Notes: a model not told the origin generated them from the letters alone. A stretch of DNA of 64,000 nt from Thermoanaerobaculia bacterium (GCA_035576005.1 DATLXH010000128.1:5257-69256), one strand, 5' to 3'. Positions 16,417 to 26,124 are shown, numbered from the stretch's first letter. Made by a program: numbers and translations.

Positions 16417-18153
16417 CTACCGGACTGCGCGTCTTCTCGCGCGGTTCGTGACGACGAACAAATACCCGTCGTTCTGCGTGTAGATGCGCCCGTCGTCGCC
16501 GATCGACAGAGGTGTGTATGCCGCTCCCAGCGCGAGCCTGAGAAAGATTCGTTGCCGCAGGGTACCGCCCTGGTTGATCGCGTAAAGATGGCCGTCTTCG
16601 CTGTTGGCATACACCACACCACGCCGATCGACCGCGATTGCATTGACACACCATTCGAACCCGTTCGGATGGTCCTCGCTGCACTGCACGACGCCGTTGT
16701 CGCCCCGTGCGCAACTTTTCGTCTCTTTGTTCTGATGCTTCCACTCCACTGCCAGTGAAGAGCTCAGCTGGGTGATGAAGTACGCTTCCGGATCGTTCGG
16801 AGTCACCGACGTTCGGTCGCGGGGACATTGCGTGTTGTCGAAACAGTACGACCCCACACCGTAACGGTTCTCCTTGATCACAATGGAGTACGTGCCATCG
16901 TGCTGATAGATGGCGGGAGTCAGGTCCCATCCAAACCCGTAGGCTCCGACGTAGCCTCCGTTCGGATTGAACATCATGAGATGGCCCTGCGCGTAGTTGT
17001 ATCGCGTGTAGGCGCCGTACAGGATCTTTCCATCGGGAGTGATGGTGGGCGAGGAACTGGAATTGTCGAGGACGCGCCCGGAGCCTGGCTGATTGTCCGA
17101 GGGGTCGACTCCCGTGATCGCGTCAATTCGACAGCCTCCTGGAGATCCATTCGGCGGAATACTGACGTTGCATCCGTCGGAGAAGCGGTTGCGAAGGCTC
17201 GCCGCCCACTTCGGCGTGAGGTTGGGATTGACCGCCACGAGATAGCCCCAGCGATCGTTCAGATGCGCGCGGCTGATCATATAAATCGTGCCGTCGGATC
17301 CGACCGCCGGTGCGACGTTGATTCCCGGTCGCTGCGCTCCGCAGCGTGACTCCGGAGCCACGGCATCGCGGCTGGGAGGGTGGGGAAGGGGAAGCGCGGA
17401 CGTGAATTGTGTCGCACACAGAGCGCTGGCCAGTGGTGCACCGGGTGTCAGCGACTGAAAGGTCGCTCTTGTCACGTTCCCATTCGAACCAACTTTCACC
17501 AGCCACGAGTTGGGCGGGTCGGTGGACCAGGGGGATTGACTGTTGAGCTGAATCGCCGTGTAGTAGACGTTGCCTGAGTCATCGAGCACCGGTGGCCCGG
17601 CGGTGAAGACCGAGGGATTCACCTCGCCGAAAGGATTGAAGCGCGTGATGAGCTTGCCGTCCTCCCGGCTGATCTTGTCAATCGAGCCGCCGAATGCGGG
17701 AGCCCAGACAGCCTCCCCGGTGATCGCCGTGTGATAGACAGGCTCCCACGAGGGGCCGGGGCTACCCCAGGGAACCGGCTTCCAATCCGTCGTGTAGGTC
17801 CAGCGGGTCACGAGGTGACCGCCGGTCCTTCGGAGGTTATGGACACTCCAGGTCTGCGTCTCCCGTGTCGTCGGGCCCGTGTAGGTGCCGCTCTTGATGA
17901 CGACGAAAGCATCACTGCCGTCTACGAGCGGGGCCTGGTAGTGAACGAGGAGGTTTCCGCCGGCGTTCGCCTCCTCCTGGTCGGCGAACGGATCGAGGAC
18001 AATTTCATTTTCAATCAGATCGAGTGAGCGGCCCGCGGCGGAGGAGTTGTTGTCGTGGCGTGGTCCGCGGCCCCACTGCGCCCATTGTGCAAACACGGGC
18101 TCGGTGATCAGCAGAGCAGTGAGTGATACGAGAAGGGGAAGGGAATTGGGCAT
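16417..18153 (-). CDS. secreted beta-propeller (PQQ-like repeat) protein
   Basis: Signal peptide and repeated G-x-hydrophobic-Y-A motifs (GHLYAINQGG, DGRIYTQNDGYLFVV). Length 578 aa. Confidence 0.65.
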   Translation of the reverse strand: MPNSLPLLVSLTALLITEPVFAQWAQWGRGPRHDNNSSAAGRSLDLIENEIVLDPFADQEEANAGGNLLVHYQAPLVDGSDAFVVIKSGTYTGPTTRETQTWSVHNLRRTGGHLVTRWTYTTDWKPVPWGSPGPSWEPVYHTAITGEAVWAPAFGGSIDKISREDGKLITRFNPFGEVNPSVFTAGPPVLDDSGNVYYTAIQLNSQSPWSTDPPNSWLVKVGSNGNVTRATFQSLTPGAPLASALCATQFTSALPLPHPPSRDAVAPESRCGAQRPGINVAPAVGSDGTIYMISRAHLNDRWGYLVAVNPNLTPKWAASLRNRFSDGCNVSIPPNGSPGGCRIDAITGVDPSDNQPGSGRVLDNSSSSPTITPDGKILYGAYTRYNYAQGHLMMFNPNGGYVGAYGFGWDLTPAIYQHDGTYSIVIKENRYGVGSYCFDNTQCPRDRTSVTPNDPEAYFITQLSSSLAVEWKHQNKETKSCARGDNGVVQCSEDHPNGFEWCVNAIAVDRRGVVYANSEDGHLYAINQGGTLRQRIFLRLALGAAYTPLSIGDDGRIYTQNDGYLFVVTNRARRRAVR

Positions 18154-18206
18154 GTGAAGATTCTAACCGTCGCGCTCTGCGTCTCGTTCCCGCGAGGGAG
18201 CGAGCC

Positions 18207-18689
18207 TCACCGCCGTATGACATTCCGCGCGTCCGCGGAGAATGGTATGTCGATCACCCCGATGATCGTCCTGTAGTGCGCATTTCCCCGAATCGTGTAA
18301 CGGCTGTCCCCACCTCGGAAGCGGTCAGCGATCTCACCAACCAGCTCGCGCAGCTCATCCCCGCTCGCACGCGCAGTCAGCTGCAGCGTGCCGGAGCCGC
18401 GCGCCGGAAGATCGATTTTCTCGGTCGAGCGGCCGCGCATCACTCTTCGATCGTTGACCAGTAGCTCGAAGTCGATCCCTTCCAGTTTGACTCGAATGTC
18501 GTTCTCGTTGCGAACCCGGAGCGTCGCGTCAGCCTCGACGATCGAGGCAGAAACGGGAATGGCAAATGAGAAATGCGGCCTGATCTCGTCCACCTCGTAA
18601 GAGAACTTCTCGGGGTCAATGTCCTGTAGCGAGCTACGGCAGGCCAGGGAAACGAGAAGGAGCAGCGGGAAGAGCATTCGTCTTCGCAT
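18207..18689 (-). CDS. LEA_2/WHy-like small lipoprotein
   Basis: Lipobox LLLLVSLAC and a ~150-aa beta-rich body. Placement is by similarity to bacterial LEA14-like lipoproteins only. Confidence 0.5.
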   Translation of the reverse strand: MRRRMLFPLLLLVSLACRSSLQDIDPEKFSYEVDEIRPHFSFAIPVSASIVEADATLRVRNENDIRVKLEGIDFELLVNDRRVMRGRSTEKIDLPARGSGTLQLTARASGDELRELVGEIADRFRGGDSRYTIRGNAHYRTIIGVIDIPFSADARNVIRR

Positions 18690-18779
18690 GGCCGTCTTTT
18701 TTGCAACGCCGGGGCCAGAGGGCGCGACGTCCAACGAAGCGATGCTGGAGACGCCAGCATGTCCTCGCGAACCTGTTGC

Positions 18780-18897
18780 GAAGCTTTGGAGTGCGGCAGC
18801 CGCAGCTGCCGCTCTCTGCGTCGAACGCGCGCGATTGAAAAATCCTCTCCACGTGACTCAGAAAGCGGCAGCTGCGGCTGCCGCACTCCAAAGGCTT
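18780..18897. other. long stem-loop (34-bp arms, ~49-nt loop) in the intergenic region
   Basis: GAAGCTTTGGAGTGCGGCAGCCGCAGCTGCCGCT ... AGCGGCAGCTGCGGCTGCCGCACTCCAAAGGCTTC. Confidence 0.45.
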
Positions 18898-18929
18898 CGC
18901 CCGGCTACAATGAAGAGAAGATTGCTCCG

Positions 18930-19727
18930 TTACTTCGCGTGGACCTGAGCCGCACTAGCGGCGTAGATGCGGAGGGTCTTCGGGTCCTGCAGGAATGCTG
19001 CAACGCCGAGGTTGTCGGTCATCCACGCCTTATCGAGATTGAATGTTGTCGAGCCGTTGTTGCTCGAGCCCGGAGCAAGCGACGAGACCTTCGTCAGTTT
19101 CCTGACGACAAAATCATTGCGCAGCTTCCGTCCCGAGTTCTCACCCTTCCGGACGTCTGTGATGACGCTGTTCTCGAAGAGCGCCACCATGAGGTCGAGA
19201 GCAGTGGAATTGATTGTCGTATCGGCACGAGCATCGAGATCGACATGCAGTGTGGTCGCACGGTCAGCTGGGTTTGTCACTCTGAATCTGATCTGAGCTG
19301 CGGGGGTAACTCGAAGAGCTGCGTCGATCTGCTTTCTGATGACTGCCGAATCGGAGCCGACTCCCTGCGTGGTGCCATTCACGACCAGCTGCGGTGTGTA
19401 GACCTGGCTCGAGCGAAAGACCTGCGCGTAGCTGTTCTGCCGGCGCGACCAATCGGCAGAGGAGAACGGATCGGACCAGCCCAGGCGGTTCCAATAGTCG
19501 ACGTGAAAGGCCAGGGGGAGCACCTTGCCGCGCAGGCTCCGATCTGAGCCAAGCGCCGTGAGCAGCTTGTCTGCCGATGGGCAGCTCGAACATCCCTGGG
19601 AGGTGAAAAGCTCGAGTACCACCACGGGAGCAGACGTAGCCCCTCGATCGGCAGCGGAGGCATTGGATGTCGTGGAAAGCGTCATGGCAGTGAGCCAGAG
19701 GAGAGTGATCCGTTTCAAGGTCATCAT
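18930..19727 (-). CDS. DUF1223 family secreted thioredoxin-fold protein
   Basis: Signal peptide and the ELFTSQGCSSCP CxxC motif characteristic of DUF1223. Confidence 0.75.
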   Translation of the reverse strand: MMTLKRITLLWLTAMTLSTTSNASAADRGATSAPVVVLELFTSQGCSSCPSADKLLTALGSDRSLRGKVLPLAFHVDYWNRLGWSDPFSSADWSRRQNSYAQVFRSSQVYTPQLVVNGTTQGVGSDSAVIRKQIDAALRVTPAAQIRFRVTNPADRATTLHVDLDARADTTINSTALDLMVALFENSVITDVRKGENSGRKLRNDFVVRKLTKVSSLAPGSSNNGSTTFNLDKAWMTDNLGVAAFLQDPKTLRIYAASAAQVHAK

Positions 19728-19756
19728 GCTACTTAGACGCGACTCGCTCACGATCG

Positions 19757-20644
19757 TCACACCCCAGCTTGTTCCAGCGGGTGCTGAATGAGCTGCAGAA
19801 AGTTGCCGACGAGGAAGGGATCGTGAAATGTTCCGGCGCGAGCTTTCAGGATCTGCATCGCAGCTTTCTGATTTTGTGATTTCTGATAGGGGCGGTTCGT
19901 GGAGATGGCGTCGTAAGTATCCGCGAGCGATGTCATCTGACTCGCGAAGTTCGGCCGGCGCGGTCGCGTGAGAACCGGGTAGCTCGGCACTCCGTCATAG
20001 CGCAGATGATGTTCGTAGGCGACCAGGATTGCGAGGGGGTTTGTCGCCTCCATACCGGCCAGGTGCCAGGCCCCCAGCTCGGCATGACCTGTCATGATTT
20101 TCCACTCCTCATCGTTCAAACGGCCATTCTTGTTGAGCACTTCGAGCGGCACGTTCAACTTTCCGATGTCATGTACGAGCGCGGCGAGTCCGAACTGCGC
20201 CAGCTGGTCTCCCGAGATGCCGAAACTTCTCGCCTGAGCGAGTACGAGAAGCGAGACGTTGATCGAATGAACGAACGTATATTCGTCGTGTTCCTTGAGA
20301 GGAGCCAGAGGCAGGACCTCCCGGGTTGAGCGCGAGAGCGAATCGATCAGGCTCCAGATCATCTCCTGCATCGGCCCCAGCCCACCCGCCCCTTCACGTC
20401 GTATTCTGACGAATGCCTCGCGGACCGAATCCACTTTCGAAGCAGTCAGAGGAGTATGAGGATTGTGGTCGACGCGTTCCGGCGACTCCTCGTCCAATGT
20501 TCCCGCTTCAATGCGGCCGACCACGACATTCGCGCTCGCGCGCGGCTTGCCCTCGCCAATGAAGGACTGGACGAGCTCGTCCGACTCCTCGAGCGTGATC
20601 CCGCTGCTGAGTGTCAGGCGTTCCACCCCTTTTCGTTTCAGCAC
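19757..20644 (-). CDS. HD-GYP domain c-di-GMP phosphodiesterase (coordinates give the GTG-initiated core; a conserved in-frame N-terminal extension reaches ~20893 with no canonical start)
   Basis: HD motif (ALVHDIGK) and HHLRYDGVPSYP (GYP-like). The upstream in-frame stretch, without ATG/GTG/TTG, is homologous to the N-terminus of the neighbouring HEAT-repeat protein. Confidence 0.75.
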   Translation of the reverse strand: MLKRKGVERLTLSSGITLEESDELVQSFIGEGKPRASANVVVGRIEAGTLDEESPERVDHNPHTPLTASKVDSVREAFVRIRREGAGGLGPMQEMIWSLIDSLSRSTREVLPLAPLKEHDEYTFVHSINVSLLVLAQARSFGISGDQLAQFGLAALVHDIGKLNVPLEVLNKNGRLNDEEWKIMTGHAELGAWHLAGMEATNPLAILVAYEHHLRYDGVPSYPVLTRPRRPNFASQMTSLADTYDAISTNRPYQKSQNQKAAMQILKARAGTFHDPFLVGNFLQLIQHPLEQAGV

Positions 20645-20900
20645 CTGAACGAAATGTTGCTGGTTGAGGCTTCCTTTCCGCAGCGGCTGCTGGTCCGCTA
20701 CGAGATCGTCCCCAACGAGGAGGAACGTGATTGCATCGCCCCCGCGCTGCGTGGTGAGGGCCTTGAGCGCTTGACGAATCCTCTCAGCCGCTTCGACCGA
20801 CCGAGGGTGACTCGCTCCGTACAGAGCCCGAAGGTTGATCGCTCGTGAGACGGCGTGAACGACGCCTTCGATCAGTAACGTGGTCTGGCTGGTATCCGGC

Positions 20901-23195
20901 TCAGGCAGGAGTGACCCCTCTCATCGTTTCGTCTCCTCGCAAAGCCGGCTCTTTGCCGGAGCGTGTTAGATGCATGCTGATTTTGCGGATCTCGGGATCC
21001 CGCGACTTCAACCCCCGGCTCACGATCTCGGCACGAGCCGATGGAGGGTACCCCTCGAGCGACTTGTAGGCCGCCCGGCTTTCATGAATCGAGACCGGCA
21101 GGAATCGCTTTTGAAAAAATTGGTCCAGTCGTTCCAGTGCAGTGGCATCTCCCAATTCGCCGAGGGCCTTGAGCGCCTTGATGCGAAGGGAGCGACGGCG
21201 CCCGAACAAATCCGACCGGTCGAGAATCTGCAGCAGAGGCTCGACCGCTTCGCGGATGCCGTAGCTCCCGACCAGTACCACGGCCGCCTCGGCAAGCTTC
21301 GGATCGGGATCATTGATCGCCTTCCTGAGCAGCTCATGCGGCACCTCGGGATCGAAGGCGAGGAGGCTCTTGATCGCCTCGAACCTCACCCGGAGATCGG
21401 TATGGTGGGCGCACCGGCGGACCTCAGTCATCGACGAGCGGTCGCCTACGTTGCGAAGCAGGACGATCATGTTCCGAATCACGAACCAGCGATCGTCACT
21501 CAGAAGACGCGTAGCCTCGGGGACGATGATGCTGCCGAGCGACGAGACGAGATTGTAAAGTTTTCGCCTCCGCGAGCGGTTCTCTTCTGCGGCAAGAGCC
21601 AGGAGGAACCTCTGTGAAGCGACGCCGCCGAGGGCTTTTACGAGCTTGTCGAGAGAAGCTTGAGCGGCGCTTCCAGGTGTCTGGCTTTCCAGTAGTCCCG
21701 TAATCGCCTCCTCGGTGACAAGCTCTCCGAAGAACTGTGTGAGCTCTTCGTTTTGAGGCGCGCTTGTGGCGAGGGTCGATCCGAAATCCTGTAGCGAGCG
21801 CACGAGCTCCAAAGCCTGATCGATCTGGCCGTTGCTCAGGTAGAAGTGAAAAACGTCGTGGAGCTGACCGAGGGGACCTGCGAGAGCGAGTCGTGCCCCG
21901 TGTCGTGAGATCAGTTCGAGCAGTGTCGATGAGACGTTGTCCGTAGCGCTTCCTGGCGTGACAGTATCGAGGCGACGTGACAGCTCTTCCCTCGAGTACT
22001 CCGTCTGCTGAGCGACTTCGGGAAAACGGAGGGCGATCTCGCCGAGCAGAGTCTGATGATCCTCGGGGTTGAAGCGGTCGATGTCCTCGTCCCGCAAGAG
22101 CACCATCAGCTCGGCAGCCAGCGAAGAAGATTCCTCGTCTCTCGCCCGCTCGGCTGGGTGATCTTTGCTGATGACGGACAGTGCCCGTGCGAGACGGAGC
22201 GCATGCGAGGAGAGCGTCGAGCCCTCGGCACGGACCTGTCGCATTGCTTTGAGCACGATGTCGGGAGGCATCGAGTTACAGAGGACCTGGAGCGCCTGCC
22301 CGGCGGCTTCGTCGGAAGTGAGCGCTCGCATGGCAGCGGTGAGGACCGTTTCTCTCATCTCCTCCGGAAGAGCGCGTAAAAGTTCGGCCACCTGTTGAGC
22401 AGCAACCTTGCGCGAACCGCCGTCGCTCCGCGTCAGATAGCTGCTCACTGCTGCGGCAACGGATGAAGCCAGGTTTCCCGCTTGAGACTGGCGGCCGGTC
22501 ACCATGAATCCGCCGATTTCGTCGAAGGGTGAGTCCGACCATTCACCGCGGTCGTCGGCTACGTCTGCCACCGATGGCGCGCTATCGCTAACCTGAGCCT
22601 GCAGCAGCTCAGCTACCAGTTGAGAGATCTCTCCGGGACCCTGCGTCGTGAGTCGATGCGCGCCCTCCTGCGACAGACGTTTTCCCGTCAGCAGTGCCTG
22701 AATGAGTGCATCCCGGAGCGAGGCCGGCCGATCCGGAGGTAGTGATTGCTCCAGACCTTCAGTGGCTCGTATCGCCGAGTAGTCGACGGGTTGGAGTCCG
22801 ATCTGACGAACACCGGCGGATGTCATCTCATCCCAGAACGGAATTCGAGCTCGAGCGGGGTCGGATCCAAGCGCTCTCAAAAAAATATCCAGCTCTTCTG
22901 CGGTGACGGCTCTTCCGATCCGCAGGAGCGCGACGTCTCGCATATAAAGAGCCTGGGCGAATTTCTGAGCCTGGTCGAAATCGAGTCTCTGATCATTGAA
23001 AATGAGGCCATCGCGGCTGACCCCGACCACCAGGTCGCCGATGCTGCCGGTCAGCTTGCCCAGGCGCCCCAGGACCGTCTCGATGGCCCCATCGAGAGCC
23101 GGATGCCCTTTCGGATACGCGCCGAGCTTTTTCCACGCGATCGCGAGACCTCGGACTACGTCTGACAGCAGCACGATCACCGACTGATCAGGCAT
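20901..23195 (-). CDS. HEAT/PBS-lyase-repeat protein with an N-terminal domain paralogous to the HD-GYP N-domain
   Basis: 764 aa. The C-terminal third has HEAT-like repeats (DLRVRFEAIKSLL, DPDPKLAEAAVVLVG, LRIKALKALGELGD). The N-terminal MPDQSVIVLL...HPALD...LT aligns with EPDTSQTTLL...HPRSV...LT of the HD-GYP extension. Confidence 0.65.
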   Translation of the reverse strand: MPDQSVIVLLSDVVRGLAIAWKKLGAYPKGHPALDGAIETVLGRLGKLTGSIGDLVVGVSRDGLIFNDQRLDFDQAQKFAQALYMRDVALLRIGRAVTAEELDIFLRALGSDPARARIPFWDEMTSAGVRQIGLQPVDYSAIRATEGLEQSLPPDRPASLRDALIQALLTGKRLSQEGAHRLTTQGPGEISQLVAELLQAQVSDSAPSVADVADDRGEWSDSPFDEIGGFMVTGRQSQAGNLASSVAAAVSSYLTRSDGGSRKVAAQQVAELLRALPEEMRETVLTAAMRALTSDEAAGQALQVLCNSMPPDIVLKAMRQVRAEGSTLSSHALRLARALSVISKDHPAERARDEESSSLAAELMVLLRDEDIDRFNPEDHQTLLGEIALRFPEVAQQTEYSREELSRRLDTVTPGSATDNVSSTLLELISRHGARLALAGPLGQLHDVFHFYLSNGQIDQALELVRSLQDFGSTLATSAPQNEELTQFFGELVTEEAITGLLESQTPGSAAQASLDKLVKALGGVASQRFLLALAAEENRSRRRKLYNLVSSLGSIIVPEATRLLSDDRWFVIRNMIVLLRNVGDRSSMTEVRRCAHHTDLRVRFEAIKSLLAFDPEVPHELLRKAINDPDPKLAEAAVVLVGSYGIREAVEPLLQILDRSDLFGRRRSLRIKALKALGELGDATALERLDQFFQKRFLPVSIHESRAAYKSLEGYPPSARAEIVSRGLKSRDPEIRKISMHLTRSGKEPALRGDETMRGVTPA

Positions 23196-23289
23196 CGAGA
23201 GAGATTCTAGCCCGCATTCAACGCCTTTGATCGCCCACTTTAACGAGTATGCGTGAATCGCCCTTTGCTCGACGGTTGCTGCACTGTTT

Positions 23290-23681
23290 GAACTTTCTCA
23301 CAGACTTCGCCGCGAAGCCGCGTGACAGACGAGAGTTCTGTCTGACATACGCGTGAGGACTGACACTCCTGTGGTGTCACGCGACACTCTCGTTGGTCGT
23401 CCTGGGGCGACCTTCGCCGCGAGATGGCCGAGAGCGGCCTGGAAGCGAGGCGCACGACGGTTTCGCGACGAGAGCATAGTTGCCACTGTGTCGAGAGCAA
23501 CCGGGGCGGGTGTAGGGACGCAGGGCCTGCGTCCGGCACCCAGACATTCGCATCAGGAATTCTGCATCCGGGCATGAAACCCTCGTCCAAAGCGATGGCC
23601 GACGACAATCTTCCCGGTCAGGGACAGGGTGCCGGACGCACGTTGTGCGTCCCTGCGCTCGCATTCTGTGAGAAATGCGGG
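23290..23681. mobile_element. MITE family B copy 2, carrying a nested ~92-bp insertion (23313-23403) flanked by an 11-bp duplication CTTCGCCGCGA
   Basis: 23404-23681 aligns to 16065-16326. The left terminus TTTCTCACAGACTTCGCCGCGAAG sits at 23293 and is separated from the body by an insert containing a GACAGAC...GTCTGTC hairpin. Confidence 0.5.
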
Positions 23682-23743
23682 TTAAGCTGGGCCCAGGCTC
23701 GCGCTGAGCTGGTAAAAGACAGTGCGGATCAGGGAACACGACC

Positions 23744-24352
23744 ATGGACAAGCTCGACGCGGTGGGGTGCAGAATCATTGGCTCATTGATCGAAAAGCAG
23801 CTCACCACTCCCGACAACTACCCCCTCACCCTCAATGCTCTGGTCGCAGCCTGCAACCAGAAAACGAATCGCGAGCCTGTCACTGAGCTGGGAGAGGATG
23901 AAGTCTCTCGCGCTCTCGATCGACTGCAGCAACGCTCGCTTGCATGGCGAGTGCTCGGAGGACGATCGGTACGCTGGGACCATAACGCTGACAAACGATG
24001 GCTTCTGACGCCGGAAACGAAGGCGCTGATCGCCCTTCTGCTGCTTCGCGGCCCTCAAACCTCGGGCGAGCTGCGGAGCCGGAGCGATCGAATGTTTCTC
24101 TTTGAATCGATCGACGATGTGGAAAGCGCGCTGCGTGCGCTCTCTGGCCGTGACGAGCCGCTCGTGGCGTCAATTCCCCGTCGGGCCGGTCAAAAAGAGG
24201 ATCGTTGGATATCGCTGGCGGGCGACATCCCGCCGGACGACAAACCGGCCCGAGCCTCGGAGGCGATGGAAGTTCGACTCGCTCGCCTCGAGGCGCTGGT
24301 TGGGCGGATGGAAGCTGAGCTGGCCGAGCTCAAATTGAAACTGGGCGAGTGA
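23744..24352 (+). CDS. yceH: YceH/DUF480 (UPF0502) family protein
   Basis: PLTLNALVAACNQKTNREPV...SE..V matches the DUF480 signature. Coiled-coil C-terminus. Confidence 0.8.
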   Translation: MDKLDAVGCRIIGSLIEKQLTTPDNYPLTLNALVAACNQKTNREPVTELGEDEVSRALDRLQQRSLAWRVLGGRSVRWDHNADKRWLLTPETKALIALLLLRGPQTSGELRSRSDRMFLFESIDDVESALRALSGRDEPLVASIPRRAGQKEDRWISLAGDIPPDDKPARASEAMEVRLARLEALVGRMEAELAELKLKLGE

Positions 24353-24357
24353 GCTAG

Positions 24358-24527
24358 CTCGCATTTCCTTCGGACCTTCGCGCGAAGCGACCGATAGCGG
24401 CCTGTCTGAATCGCTGCACAACGCTTAGCTCCTCGACATAGTGTCGACTATGTCTTCGTCGCAAAACCGTCGTGGTATCCAGGCCACTCTCCGCCGCCTC
24501 ACAACGAAGGTCGGTGAGAGGTGCGGG
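24358..24527. mobile_element. degenerate MITE family A copy
   Basis: Central CTCGACATAGTGTCGACTATG core and GGTCGGTGAGAGGTGCGGG right terminus, with diverged left terminus. Confidence 0.4.
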
Positions 24528-24535
24528 CTAGAGGC

Positions 24536-24934
24536 TCAGGCGTGGCGCATGTGCCGCTCGACCGAGCCATAAAAATCGCTGGCTCCGAACGGTTTCGGCA
24601 TCACTCCGCACGAGCGACCTTCCAGATCGCTGAGCCGGTCTTCGCCAGCGGCGCTGATTACGAGAACGTGACCCTGAAGACACTGCATCTCGCTGTCGAT
24701 GAAGTCCAGCACGTCCCATCCCGACTTCCTCGGCATCATCAGGTCAAGAACGACAAGATCGAAATTGGAGCTGCCATTCTCGGACGTTTCGCTCTGGAGT
24801 ATCGCGATTGCATCCTCGCCGTCAACTGCTTCGGTGGTCTTGTAGCCTCTCCGCCTCAAAAGGGTGGCGATAAGATTTCGAAGCGTCGGATCATCGTCAG
24901 CAACGAGAACGTTCAGAGTGTTAGGACTTGTCAT
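24536..24934 (-). CDS. single-domain response regulator (CheY-like receiver)
   Basis: VLVADDDP...D (phospho-acceptor in LVVLDLMMP)...K receiver signature. Length 132 aa. Confidence 0.8.
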   Translation of the reverse strand: MTSPNTLNVLVADDDPTLRNLIATLLRRRGYKTTEAVDGEDAIAILQSETSENGSSNFDLVVLDLMMPRKSGWDVLDFIDSEMQCLQGHVLVISAAGEDRLSDLEGRSCGVMPKPFGASDFYGSVERHMRHA

Positions 24935-25055
24935 GTGTCATCCCGCGTCAAGTGACGCTCGACGCTTCTGTGCAAGGGAAGTGCACAGTTTCACAGGCCC
25001 CGACCTCGTGCTGTCGGCTCAAGCCGGAGTTTCCCTCGAACGGAGAAACTTATTA

Positions 25056-25230
25056 CCCGCATTTCTCACAGACCTTTGTCGTGAGACGGCGGAGAGTGGC
25101 TTGGATGCGAGGCGCACGGCGAGTTTGCGACGAAGGCATAGTCGACACTATGTCAAGGAGCGAAATTGCCGTGCAACGAAGCAGACAGGCCGCTATCCGT
25201 CGTCTCGCGGCGAAGGTCTGCTTCGGGCGG
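25056..25230. mobile_element. MITE family A copy (right terminus degenerate)
   Basis: CCCGCATTTCTCACAGACCTTTGTCGTGAGACGGCGGAGAGTGGCTTGGATGCGAGGCGCACGGCG... is identical to other copies. Confidence 0.55.
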
Positions 25231-25287
25231 CCTGAACCGGACAGACCCGCCGCGAAGCGAAGGGTCTGTCCCATGAATCGTCAGTCC

Positions 25288-26124
25288 TCAGGGCTTTGTC
25301 GCAGGTGCCGTCGTAGTAGTCGGAGGGCGACGACGAAAGAGACTGCGCATCCGCTGGCGTGCGGTAGGTTTCGCCGGTGCAGTTGCTGTCGAGTTCGTGA
25401 CGGCTACGCTGCCATCCGCTCTCTGACTGATCGAGACGCCTCCGCTCCCGCCGGACGTGGCGACCTCGCCTGCTGCAGTGTTTGATGATGTCGTGCTGCT
25501 CGAAACGGAGCTGGTAGCCGCTGCAGCTCCAGCGGGCGGTGGAACAGCCGCTCGCGTCGGTGACGCGATCGTCACGGGTCGTTCAGCACGGGTGGCCGGA
25601 ACCGAGCTTCCTGCCGCATTGGAACGAGGCGACGAGCCGGACGTCGGCGCGAGATCTACGCTCACGGCTGGGGTCGTGGAGATCGTGTTGCTGCCTCCCG
25701 CCACCCTGGCCTGCACGCCAGTCGAATCGGTAATAGGCGTTGCTCCTACAGTGGGCTCGGACGGAACGACCGCGCCAGCAGGATTGATGACGGTCCCCGT
25801 AACGGACGAACTGACATTGGACGTAGGAGCCACGGTAAGTCCCGTGGTGCCGGCGACAGTTGTCGTCCCGGGCTGCGAGACCGACCCTCCCGTAGCGGGG
25901 CTGGTGGTACCGAGATACCTCGTCTCGTCCGTATAGCCGGTTGCTGCAGGCGCCGGGGCCGGGGTCGAAGGAACCGTTGCAGCAACCGTAGTCGGTCCCG
26001 ACGCGGCAGGGACTTGTGCAGTTCTCACCGCGTCCTGGCTAGTCGCGCAGGAGGTCAGTGCAAGTGTTCCGACGAGTAATGCGGGAGCAATGGAACGTTT
26101 CACTGCAGCGGCTGTGCGATCCAT
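25288..26124 (-). CDS. Thr/Ser/Ala/Pro-rich low-complexity lipoprotein
   Basis: Lipobox LALTSC followed by ~250 aa of low-complexity TSPA-rich sequence. Confidence 0.55.
   Translation of the reverse strand: MDRTAAAVKRSIAPALLVGTLALTSCATSQDAVRTAQVPAASGPTTVAATVPSTPAPAPAATGYTDETRYLGTTSPATGGSVSQPGTTTVAGTTGLTVAPTSNVSSSVTGTVINPAGAVVPSEPTVGATPITDSTGVQARVAGGSNTISTTPAVSVDLAPTSGSSPRSNAAGSSVPATRAERPVTIASPTRAAVPPPAGAAAATSSVSSSTTSSNTAAGEVATSGGSGGVSISQRADGSVAVTNSTATAPAKPTARQRMRSLFRRRPPTTTTAPATKP

Noticed and set aside
16040-16930. 296-aa minus ORF and other ORFs inside the MITE-B and MITE-A copies (e.g. 24864..25235, 31359..31617, 32450..32884, 58832..59360)
   Set aside because: These reading frames run through repeated non-coding palindromic elements. 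Identical 'peptides' recur wherever the element occurs, in both orientations.
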